Source: Octopus vulgaris
Taxonomy: Eukaryota
Length of the DNA: 64,000 bases
Assembly (NCBI GenBank): GCA_951406725.2
Contig: OX597833.1
Span: forward strand, 38,378,001 to 38,442,000
Reading direction: 5' to 3'
Position numbers and translations under genes: made by a program. The first letter of the stretch is position 1. Every line of letters starts with the position of its first letter. This document shows positions 52,257 through 64,000 of this stretch, one piece after another. Under the pieces are notes generated by a model, which made no database searches, was not told the origin of the DNA, and saw nothing but the letters and a program-made list of their open reading frames with translations.

Positions 52257-55105
52257 ATTTTCTCTCTATTACATTTCATCTTCTCTCTATAGTGATTTTG
52301 TTCTTTTGCTCATTTACTTAAGTTTGTGTGTGTGTGTGTATATATATGTATGTTTGTATGCACATACACATGTATGCAAGCTTGTATTTATGTATGTGAG
52401 TGTTGCACATTCACATATACGTAGTCACAAATAGTGAATTATACATATGTACATACGTATACTTGCAGTTTCCTCAAGAAACCTTGCAGAGGAAATATTT
52501 TTCGAGTCAGCAGACAATATGTACTTAGCAAAATGGAATTAATTATATATATCATAAAATCATTACTGCTTCTTCTGCTGTCGTTGCTGCTGCTTCTGTT
52601 GAAATGACCATGCACTTAATGATGATGTTGATACTGGTGTTGGTGGTGCTCCTCTTGATGATGTTTTCTGCAGTGTTACAGACGACAATGATGATGATAA
52701 TGATGTTGATGATGATGATTGCATTGCTGATACCTGGCGGCTTACTATGCTAACAGACGAAAGGTAGGACAGAAAAACAAAATTAAACACTCCAATGCTG
52801 TCAACATCTCTGCAACTATTATCACTTGTCATCATCATAATCATTGTTGTCATCAGTATTACTACTATCATCATCGTTATCATTAGCTGCAGCTGTATTG
52901 CACTTATACAACATTATCAGCATCATTATTAATATCACCATCATCTTTGTTTCCATCATGCACCACCACCACCACCACCACTACTGTCACTACTCATCAT
53001 CATCTTCATCGTCATCATTGTTCCTTTTATTATCAACTTCACTAATAAGTGGACAAAGGATCTTCCTTGTGGTTGATCAACTTGCAAAAAATAGCTGTTC
53101 CCATCTCCCTCAGATCACACCCCACCATCTTAAAGGAAAAGGACCTGTTGAATAATGCAGTCTTAGGTATATTAAGCCTGGAAAAAAAAGGCATCCCCTA
53201 GATAGGACCATCATGGCTGGACTGTGCTTGATTAAGGCTGTTACAGGGCTAAACTACAACTTTTCTAATACGATCACATGTCAACATTTCCACCAGCATT
53301 TCCACCGTCATTGTTATTGTCATCACTATAGTTTACACCGTTATTATCAACTTTGACATTATCATCATGTTAACATTTCCGTCATCATCATCACTGTTAC
53401 TGTCAACATTTCCACTGCAATTGTCATCATTATCACAATCATCATCCTTATTATCAACCTCGCCATTATTACCATCACATGTCAGCATTTCCGTCATTAT
53501 CACTATTACCGTCAACTTTGCCAACATTGTTATCACCATCATTATTACCATCAACACTGCCATTAACATCGCATGTTAACTCCATCATCATCCTCATCAT
53601 CATTAAAATCAGAATCATTAGCAGTAGCACAATTGCCGTTGCCATCATCATAATAATAATAATCTTCAGTAATATCATTCAGTAAGGATTGCTACCATCA
53701 TACTATAACTAATTACATAATACTTTATTCAAATGTAAAGTGTACTGTGTAATTTCATACACACACACATATATATGCTAGCTTGCTTAAGATTGACCAT
53801 CATATTCGATAACAATCTCTTCTATCAACTGCGAATTCTGTAATGGCTATACTTTTTAAAGAGTAGCAGTAACAGGTGATATAAGTGTATGGGCAACCGG
53901 AGGATTGTGACTGTTACTATCGCCTGTGCCAAACCTACCATATGCCCTCATGAGCAACGAAGCTACAGAAGTGGTAGTGTCTCGTCATTGTGTGATACAC
54001 TGACTGCCACAAAAGTCACCACCACTGAGATCCAAGTTCCAGTGATACACATTGCAGGAGATATTACCAATCCACTGAAGTGTTGTAATGTTCTATGAGT
54101 TTTTCACTGGTATGGATTTCTCAGTATCACGGTCTTCCCTGTGAAAGGGATAGAGATCCTTAGGTGGTCAAAATAAGGCTGATACCCCTCCTCCCGCTGT
54201 GCCAAACTGCCAGAAGCTTCCTGGAATCCAGTTAGTTAGAAACAGCCTTGAAGCTGACTTCCATGCCTTGTTTTTTTTTCTCTTTTTCTCAAGATGCACT
54301 CTTGTAAACTTTGTCGTCTTGGGTTCACCCACAAGGCATCGAGACAGTGCTTATAGGTCAGTTTCATCATAGCTAAGGTGCTCTATCTACTCTTCTCCTA
54401 AATAAACCTGGTAGGTCACTTTGTGACTGGTAACTTGTTACATGGGATCACCAGTGAGTAAACTAGTACTCACCATCTGGTTAACCTATTGAAGATGGTT
54501 ATTGAAACTCCATCAGGACCAAAAAAGTATGACCTGTCTGAAGATAGATGAACCCAGTATATAAGGTCAATAAGAATCTTGCAATAGTATACGAGGACAT
54601 AGAAATACTAGAGATGATAAATGGGTGTGCAGTATGATCCTATAAGAAGTGACATACTTCCAATCCTTATCAGAACACGCATAAATGTATTCACCATTCT
54701 TATTTTTAGATCTGCTTCAGTGTAGACTGGGCAAAATTAATTGAGGTAGTATTTTATGGTTGCATGCTTTACCTATTGCCAGTTCTTACTTGATTTTACA
54801 AGTAAAGTATTCTTATTCGACTATGAAACCAAATTCACTGAACTACAGGGTGTACTGTTTACTGGAGATGAAATTAACTCACCTCCGCTCAAATGATGGT
54901 GGTGTGAAAATACATTGACACAAGCACACATGCATGCACACACACACCCACTCATGCCAGACAGGCTTCTGTAAAAGTCCAGACCAATGTGTTATATCAG
55001 TTAAAAAAAGTAAATCAAATTTATATTAATATAAAGAATCTTGGGTAAAGGCTCTGTGATTAACATTTGTTCCATAAATAGTTGTCTGCATTTGTAATAA
55101 TAAAT

Positions 55106-55495
55106 TCAGGCATGGCTGTGTAGTAAGAAGTTTGCTTCCTAACCACATGGTTCCAAGTTCAGTCCCACTGCATGGCACCTATGGCAAGTGTCTTTTGCTA
55201 TAACCCTAGGTTGACCAAAACCTTGTGAATGGATTTGGTAGATAGAAATTGAAAGAAACCAGTTGCTTATATCTGTGTATGTGTGTGTGTGTGTCTTTGT
55301 GTCTGTGTTTGACCACCACCACTTGAAAACCAGTGTTGGTGTGTTTATGTCCCAGTAACTTAGTGGTCCAGCAGAAGGTATTGATACAGGCTTTAACAAT
55401 AAAATAAAAACTGCAATTAATTTCATTCGACTAAAATTCCTCAAGGTGGTGCTCCAGCATGACCATAGTCGAATGACTGAAAGAAGTTAAAGATA
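55106..55495 (+). mobile_element. CORE-like (OR-type) SINE, full length
   Basis: GGCATGGCTGTGTAGTAAGAAGTTTGC head through GGTGCTCCAGCATGACCATAGTC tail. Confidence 0.85.
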
Positions 55496-56340
55496 TTACA
55501 TACCAGGATGAGAGGATAAGAACGGAAAGAGCAGAATACTAGAAGAAAACCAATTTTGATTTTTATAGAAAGATTTAAGCTCTTGATTTCTAGTTCAAGG
55601 GCAGTAACTTCCTTTGTGGCATTTGTTTTTTTTTCACAGCATCTTCCATTCTTGCCCCACATGTAGGCAGATAGAGATGTGTGTTCACATATGCATCTAT
55701 TCATTCTCCAGCATGACATACAAATATATTGCACATTTTATGTTCATAAGTGTACAGAAATTGAACATGCATGCATTTGCATACTTATCTAGATACACAC
55801 GTGGCCTTTCATAAAAAAAACAAAAAGCAAAAATGCCTTCTGCCCTCCATCACTTGTGAATATGACCCTGAGATACTTAAACTTGCCATAAAACATGGTT
55901 CATCAACTATTTCTTATATTTTACAAGTGTGTATGTCCTTTAACAAAGCAAAAGCAACTTATACATCCATAGTGTCATCCCTTCTCACTTAGCATGTTCA
56001 CACAAACATACAAAACACAAGATGATAACTTTCTCTTTCAACAACCAATAAAAGTCTAGTATCAATTTCAAAGATAATTTTGAGTTTTCTTTAATAGGGC
56101 ATGTTGTAAGGTGGTTTCTTTATCCTTTGGAAAACTATGTAGACTAGCTGTCGTCACTCTAATCTCTTTTACCATCTGAAAATCAGTGGCATAAAACTCA
56201 GAGTAATGATTAATAGTATTTTCAACTTCTCAGAGATATGATGAAACTCTACACTCATATTGAGTACATCCTTTTCTCTGCTCCAGCACATTTCTCTATA
56301 CTATGTCAAAAGCACACACACACACACAAACACACACACA

Positions 56341-56972
56341 TCTTTTACTTGTTTCAGTCATTAAACTGCTGGTTGTGAAGCAGTGGTGGGAGACAAAGAA
56401 ACACATATATTTGCATGAATGACTTCTTTCAGTTTCCACCTACCAAATCCATTCACAAGGCTTTGGTTGGCACAAGTCTACAGTAGAAGACTCTTGTCCA
56501 AGGTGCCAAGCAGTGGGACTGAACCTGGAACCACGTGGTTGAGAAGCAAGCTTCTTACCACACAGCCATGCCTTCACACACTCACACACACACACACATT
56601 TTATCTTTTCCTTGTTTCAGTCATTGGACTGTGGTCATGCTGAAACCCAAGTTAACCTCAGTATTCATTTTTTTAATTTTGTACTTATTTCACCAAGCCC
56701 TTTCAATGAACCACTAGGTTATGCAGATAGATATAAGCAAATCAACACTGGTTGTCAAGCAGTGTGAGTGGGGTACATGACAAACAAACTCAGACCCACA
56801 CACTCACACACGCACGCATACATAGTGGACTTCGCACAGTTTCTGTCTACTAAATTCACTTAAAAGGCATTGATCAGCCTGGGGCAGTAGTAGAAGACAC
56901 TTCTCCAATGTGGAACTGAACCCAAAATCATGTTGTTGTAAAGCAAGCTTCTTAACCTCACAGCCATGCCCC
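56341..56972 (-). mobile_element. Two tandem CORE-like SINEs
   Basis: Copies at ~56341-56572 and ~56604-56972, each ending (plus strand) in CACAGCCATGCC. Confidence 0.8.
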
Positions 56973-59146
56973 TGTGTTAGCATAAGTGTGTGTATGTGCA
57001 TGCATTTGTGCATACACACACATATATATGGATAAACTGATGTTAAAATTGTGGATCCTGGAGGTATGTATGTACACATAACTGGTTGCTCAATTAATAT
57101 GTGACTATCGAATCCACACCACTTGTTCCCTCTTTCTGCACCATTAATCCTTCCATCAGTTTCCTATCTCATGTGTTGTTTTGTTACTGTAATTAATGAA
57201 GGCGGAACTCATTACATATTCTGTTGCCTTTTCTGTACTGTGAAATCCTTTTCTCCTAAGCTCCTCCCTGTTATGTCCATCCTTCATTCTTACCAATGAC
57301 TAGCAACCCTTACTCTCATCATTCACTCCCTATTTACCCCTGGTCACCTCCACCCTTATCTGCATCTGTCACTCATTCTTTCACACACACACACACTCTC
57401 CCACTCATGCTTGTAACTTTTACCTACAATTCCATATCTTTCTCTTATCACATTTAAAAAAAAAAGTTTTTGTTCCTTTGATATTCACATTGGGCTTCTC
57501 AGAAATAAGATTGGATAGGTGTGAACTTGTCTTAATCCTCTCCACTGTTCTTATCTTGTTCTTTCCTTTCTATTTCTCCCTTCCCCAATACTCTCTCTAT
57601 TAGTCTCTTTTCTAATTCACTCTCATAACAACAAATTTGGTTCTTTCATCACACTTCTAACATCCCAACATCAACCAAAGATTACAACTATTATGGGAAT
57701 TCTGTGGTCTTGCAAGTTCTAATGTTTACTTCACTGGTATGATGTCATGAAAATTGCACCTAGTACACTCTGTTAAGTGGTGAGCATTAGGAAAAGCATC
57801 AAGCTGTAGAAACCATGCCAGAACTGAGACTTAGGGTGTGACATGATACACCAATTCATTAGATCCTGTCTAACAGTCTATCCCATGCCAGCATGGAAAG
57901 TAGACATTAAAATGGTAGTGGTGGTGGAAAATGGTAGTTGCAAGAAACACACACACAGACACAATCCAGAAAACTTAATATATATTCATAATATACAATT
58001 GTGTATACACACACACACACATACACACACATGTATACATGCATGCTATATGTAGGATAGCCATGTTTATTCATGTAAAAATATGTATATATATATATAT
58101 AAATGTACTTGTATAAATGTGTAAATATAATATATTTATAGATCTGTAGATATATGCTCTTTTGAATGTATAGAATAACAAAGCCCCTACTTGAAAAACA
58201 GGTAGGATTAGCAACAAGAAGGGCAACTGGCTGCAAGCCAATGCCTCAATAATATTCATCTAACCCATGCTTGCATGGAAAAATGGAAGTAAAAATGAAG
58301 TAACAATAGAACAAATATGCACATATATTTTTCCATGTAACCAGCAAATTATTTCCTGACAAGGGAAGTGCTTACAGCACAGCATATTTTCTTGTAAAGT
58401 GTGTGCATGTACACATGCACACATGTGTTTGCACATACCCCTCCACTCTCCTCCTCTGCCCCCACACAGACACCATCATTATCATTGTTTTAATGTGCAC
58501 TTTTCCATGCTTGTATGGGTCAAATGGAATTCATTGAGGCAGATTTTACTATGGCTAGCTGTCCCTCCTGTCACCAACCCTCATCTGTTTCTGAATAAGG
58601 TAATGTCTCTCCCTGTTCTTTGAACACAAATGCCATGATGACTGGAAACATGTCTTTAGAAAACTGCAAACAGACAATACCTCTTCTATGAGGGTGGCAT
58701 TTATTTACACTTAGTGTGCATGTCAAGATAAGGAACTATAAACATATACAGAGATGAATGTGTACATGTATGCACCCCAAGATTCTTTAAGTTTCCAACT
58801 ATCAAATTCACTCACAAGACATTGGTGGGCTCAAGAATACATTTAGGAGAGGTGGTGATGGTGATGGTTATCATCACCATTTATTTTCCACTTTAGCATA
58901 AAGATTCTTGCCCAGAGTGTTTTGATAGACATATATGTCTATGTACATACATACATACCTACATGCATACACAAAGCCTGGATGTACTATGGCTAAAATT
59001 CACTTCCCAACCACTGTGTGGCACTTTCACAATAACTGCAGACCAACCAAAACCTTATAAGAGAATTTGGTTAACAGGAAATAAAAAAGAAAACCCTTGT
59101 GTATGTGAATGTGTACCCTTGTCTTGATATCATGTGGTCATTTTAA

Positions 59147-59436
59147 CCCTTTAGCATTCAGATTACTCTGTCAAGTGTAAAGCTTTTTTACTCTTTTACT
59201 ATTTTACTCTTTTACTTGTTTCAGTCATTTGACTGCGGCCATGCTGGAGCACCGCCTTTATTCACATTGTTTTGAATAAATCATGCATTATCTTGTAGCT
59301 TCAAGATTTTGATGATGTGATTGTTTATCTTTAAAATGACATTGCAAGGTAGGTGTGAGATGTTGAATCTGATCAGTTTGAACATAAAACAGGTAGAATA
59401 TTTGGGCTGGATATGGCCAGCATAAATGCTAAAGGA
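59147..59436. mobile_element. piggyBac-like MITE family A interrupted by a SINE tail (~59186-59257)
   Basis: TTAA|CCCTTTAGCATTCAG; the insert is a near-consensus minus-strand OR-type tail. Confidence 0.85.
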
Positions 59437-60129
59437 GTGTACAAATTATGTTGCCCATTTCCAGTCTCCTGTGAAAGCATGTCTGGCCATGGGAGAAATA
59501 TTCCCCGGATTTGGAAACAAGTATGGGTTGGTGACAGGAAGTTCATCTGACTATAGCAAATCTACCTTATTGAATTCTGTCTTAACCAAGGAAGCATGGA
59601 GAAGTTAACATTTTAGGAGAAGTAGTGGTGGTGGTGGTCGTCGTCGTCGTCATCGTCGTCATTTAGTTTCCAGTTTTGCATACTTGATGAGCTAGATGGA
59701 AGTTATTTGAGGCTGATTTTCTACATCTGAATGATAATTATAATGATAAAATATAGCACTTCTAGGTACAGCACACAAATTACACAGAGCACTTTGAATA
59801 TGATAAAACCAAAAAAGCATAGCTCTGCACATACCCAAGACATGTAGAGCTGTGCTGTGAAAACACTCAATAAAAATTAAGATAATCATAGTGATAGTTC
59901 CTTATTTTGAACTGATGTTACACATTTTTTATTTTATGAAAGGGGAGGTAGATGTGTAGAAGATATAATTTGCATCCGTACTTGATTGGTCAGTACCATA
60001 GATAGATGAAAAGTAATCTTAGCAGCATTTGAATTCATAACATAAAGGAATATAACTAAATGCCATGAGACATTTCAACTAGCTCTCTACATATTTTGTC
60101 AGTCAGTTGTAAAAACCACCACAACAACA

Positions 60130-60570
60130 ATTGTTTCTAATTTAGGCACAAGACCAGCAATTTTGAGGGGAGAGTGTTAGTGAATAACATAGACTCCAAC
60201 ACTTGTCTGGTACTTTACTTTTGCAACCCTGGCGGGATGAAAAGCAAAATTGACTTTGGTGGGGTTTGAACACAGAATGTTGAGAGCTAGAAAAAATACC
60301 GCAAGTCTAATGATTCTGCTAACCCACTGGTCTAGCAACAGCAGTAATAATCATCCTTTCTACTATAGGCACAATGCCTGAAACTTTGTGGGGAGTGAGG
60401 ATAATTGATTTCATTGATCCTGGTGCTCAATTGATATTTATTTCAGCAACCCTGAAAGGATGAAAGGAAAGTCAACCTCGGTGGCATCTGAACTCAAACA
60501 TAAAGAGCTGAAAGAAATTCCACTAAACGTTTTGCTTGGTTTGCTAATGATTCTACCACCTTGTTGCCCT
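60130..60570 (-). mobile_element. Two tandem Nin/Deu-domain SINEs
   Basis: GGATGAAAAGCAAAATTGAC and GGATGAAAGGAAAGTCAACCTCGG cores. Confidence 0.75.
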
Positions 60571-61332
60571 AATCATAATAACAACAATAATAATAATAAA
60601 ATCCATGTTAAAAAAAATTTGAAATAAAAATCGAAGTAAATATATATAATTTTATTCTAATACTAAATAATAAGAAAACATTTTATCCAGTTAGAATGAA
60701 AATAAATAAATAAACCCTGGATAAACTAAACATAGTTAATGAAAAGAAAACCTGTTAAATTGCTTTGAGAAAAATATATATATAATAAAAAAAAAAGCAG
60801 CCATTAAACAAACATTTAAGGAAACCAAATTGTTGGTTGTTTAGATTTCGTTAGAATTCAGTCAGAATTTTAATAATGTCTAAGTTGATTTCACCGGAAA
60901 TTATTTGATTACTATCAAATAATTTCCATGCAACCTGTCATGCTCTCTCCTGCCCTGCTCTTCCTTCCTTTTGTCTCCTCTTTTCTCTCTTCCTTCTCTT
61001 CTTCTCAATAAACTAATAAAGCAAACTGAAATAGGTTAATTCTCTAAGATATATCAAACCAAACAGTAAAAGTAAACAGGTCATCAGTTGCAAGAGATTG
61101 AAAGACTGAAACAAGTGTTTAGTTCTCAATTCCATAGGATTAAGCAATCAGCAGTTAAGAAAGAGTCACAAATGAGACCAATTTATTGTCTTGACCAGTA
61201 GGAAAGGACTTGCTGGATATAATCTTTAAATCTTAATACTGTCTTTTAATATAAAAGAAAGAAAAAAAAAACAGAACCACACATACAAGAAGAATAAATT
61301 AGAGAATGTAGTTACATTATTTTCTGAAATTT

Positions 61333-61568
61333 TGTGCTGGTGACACATAAAAGGCATCTGTGCGAGAAACACATAAAAGCACCTGTGCTGGTGACTTGTA
61401 AAAGGCACCCACTGCACTTTGTGGAGTGGTTGGTGTTAGGAAGGGCATCCAACTGTAGAAACCAAACCAAAACAAACTGGAGCTTGGTGCAGTTCTCCAG
61501 CTTACCAGTTCTAGTCAAACTGTCTAACGCATGCCAACATAGAAGCTGGACACTAAATGATGATGATA
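61333..61568 (+). mobile_element. RTE-tail element with 25-bp tandem units
   Basis: 3 x GTGCTGGTGACACATAAAAGGCA(T/C)C-like units, then AGGAAGGGCATCC and (GAT)n. Confidence 0.75.
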
Positions 61569-61762
61569 GCTAGAATACAATTTAATCATATAAGTCTGCT
61601 TAATCAAAGCTGAAGTGGGAATAAACAACAACAGCACCAACAACAACCACCATCCTGTATATTCATGGTTCTTAATCAGCTGCTATTACTGCTGGCTTGT
61701 GCCCATGGTCAAAATACTTAAACCATGATGGTTGTGTTGTAAATATACAGGTACCACATAAT

Positions 61763-61975
61763 CTTTTCTACTCTAGGCACAAGGCCTGAAATTTTTGGGA
61801 GGGGACCAGCCGATTAGATCGACACCAGTATGCAACTGGTACTTAATATATTGACCCCGAAAGGATGAATGGGAGAGTCAACCTTGGCAGAATTTGAGCT
61901 CAGAACATTATGACTGACGAAATACCGCTAAGCATTTTGCCCGGCGTGCTAACATTTCTGCCAGCTCGCTGCCTT
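61763..61975 (-). mobile_element. Young Nin/Deu-domain SINE with a 15-bp TSD
   Basis: Flanks CAGGTACCACATAAT (61748-62) and CAGTTACCACATAAT (61976-90); CpGs retained. Confidence 0.9.
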
Positions 61976-62385
61976 CAGTTACCACATAATATAACTCACC
62001 AAAGTAACTTTGTAAAATTGAGGAGTATTTTGTTAACATGTTGTACTGAGTTCAAGTTCTGTGTGCTTGATTCATACTGGATGCAGCTGTTCTTTCAAAG
62101 CTCATATATTATTAAGTATTTGAGAGATGGTACCCTCTGGGATAGAATGTTAGTTTAATGCTAACAATATTCTCTGAAGTGGTATTATCTGTTACTGATA
62201 AGGTGGTGAATTGTGGTACATAGAATTGTGTTCTGCCCAGAAAGATTGTATGATGCCTGTTCAGAAAGATGGCATCATAGTTGTTGTGACTACAAACTTA
62301 TTAGCTATGAGTCTGGACCCAGTATCTTAATTATTCAAGTAAAACCTATTTCAAATAAATAACTTAGAGTATTTAATCAAATGGA

Positions 62386-62765
62386 TACAGGTATGGCTGT
62401 GCAGTAAGATGCTTGCTTCCCAACGACATGGTTTTTGGGATCAGTCTCACTGTGTGGGATCTTAGGAAAGACTATATCCCCCAGGCTGACCAAAGCCTTA
62501 TGAGTGGATTTGGTTGATGGAAGACTGAGAGAAGCTCATCGTGTATGTGTCTCTTTATGTTTGTTCTTCGCCACCACCACTTGACAAACCTGTGTTAGTT
62601 TGTTTATATTCCTGTAACTTGCATGTTCAGCAGAAAGAGGCCGATAGAATAAGTACCAGGCTTAGAAATAAGTCCTGGGGTCAATTTGTTTGATTAAGCT
62701 CCATCAAGGCAATGCTCTAGCATGGCTGCAGTCAAATGATAGAAACAAGTAAAAGATAAAAGATT
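62386..62765 (+). mobile_element. CORE-like (OR-type) SINE, full length
   Basis: Head through AACAAGTAAAAGATAAAAGA tail. Confidence 0.85.
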
Positions 62766-62781
62766 AAAAAATCTTCATTAA

Positions 62782-63000
62782 CCATTTAGCATTTAAACCA
62801 ATCATATCTGGCCCAAATACTTTACCTGGTTTGTGTCCAAACTGACCAGCTCCAGCTTCTCACACCTACCCTACAATTCATTCTCAAAGTAAATATTCAC
62901 ATCATTGAAATCTCAAAGCTGCAGGATAATGCATGATTAATTCAAAATAATGTGAATAAATAAGCATTACATTTGACAAAGTAATCTGAATGCTATTGGG
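62782..63000. mobile_element. piggyBac-like MITE family A
   Basis: TTAA at 62778-81 and 63001-04; TIRs CCATTTAGCATT / AATGCTATTGGG. Confidence 0.85.
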
Positions 63001-64000
63001 TTAAATTCAAGTGTGTTATGGAAAGTTTATGAAAAGTCTTGTCTAATCTGTCTTACCAGTGTATGTGCACATTGTAGGGAGATGAGTGAGTTTGAGTTAT
63101 GCATATAAGATTATGCCATGCTATAACTAAATTAACATCTGTGAATATGCCATGCAATAACCAACGTTATATAAATGAAAACCTCTACTTGGAGTGTTAT
63201 AGTTATAAAGAATTAAATTCAAACCTTACTAAACATTTAATATAATCTTATTAAAACTATTTGCTCCGGTAGTATATGCAAGTGTGTGAACATGTATTTG
63301 TGTATGCAAATTTGTAAACACTGCCAACCCATATAAGTGCAAAGAATAAAGAAGCTAAAGTATTTTATTATAGCTATTATCATCATCACCATTATTATCT
63401 TAGCCACCACCACCACCAGTATCATGATGACCATCATCTCTGCCACTACCATCACTACTATCATCATCATTATCATCACCATCACAACTACCATCAACCT
63501 CATCATCACCATTATTATTACCACAATCATAGTTTTCATCACCACCATGTGATTTTGCTTATGAGTTGATCAGCCTCTGGATAATTTTGAGACTAATCTG
63601 TAGTATCATCATCAGCACCACCATCACTACTATTACTACCATCATTATCATTTAAGTATTCATTGTTGAAAATTGACCCATTTAAATGGCATCCTAGCCA
63701 TCTCCAATTTGGCAAACACTATTGCACAGCAAGATGTCATTATGTGAACTGGTGCCAGAATATCAAGATTGCTTTTCAGTTATTTAATACAGTCTTATTC
63801 ATCTCTATAATTTAGAATTTCCCCCAATTTCAGGTGTGAGCATAGCATTGATGCAAAATCTTCATGGAAGTCTGTAAGAAACAGATGATTTTTATTTTTT
63901 ACCTCTAAATTGTATATTCGTGTTTTTTCTCACTCATATTTCTCTGTCACTTCAACCTGCATAAAGTTGCAGTTGCTGCTGTTGTTGTTGTTGAATGACC

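Noticed and set aside
53880-54250. Possible LINE endonuclease remnant on the minus strand (GGGVS, GGDF); similar faint traces at 25560-25800, 27830-28450 and a Penelope-like RYMD at ~19740
   Set aside because: Motifs are too short and interrupted to call without a profile search
63337-63552. Hydrophobic I/T-rich and V/M-rich ORFs
   Set aside because: Degenerate (ATC)/(ACC) triplet repeat

Overview
AT-rich eukaryotic DNA, full of microsatellites, that looks intronic or intergenic. The repeat complement points to a coleoid cephalopod, most likely Octopus (inferred from repeat types, not a database search). It includes tRNA-derived CORE-like SINEs, Nin/Deu-domain SINEs, RTE-type tails, piggyBac-like TTAA MITEs, a Lep1-style Helitron, and RTE, CR1 and R4 LINE remnants. 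I cannot support any intact host protein-coding gene. Almost all ORFs in the track are read-throughs of (TA)n, (CA)n, (CTAT)n or triplet microsatellites or of SINEs, and the only recognisable peptides are decayed transposon proteins. The most notable observations are: (1) a solo-LTR-like insert carrying a correctly spaced heat-shock promoter (two perfect HSE arrays, a TATA-like box and an Inr); (2) a recent ~340-bp duplication of unique DNA; (3) two SINE insertions at the same site of a MITE family; (4) RTE remnants with a PHD-like finger inside the RT region; (5) a ~4.5-kb TE-free island with candidate exons and regulatory motifs. I did not find a convincing novel multi-gene system. Coordinates were read by eye, and repeat boundaries may be off by a few to tens of bases.
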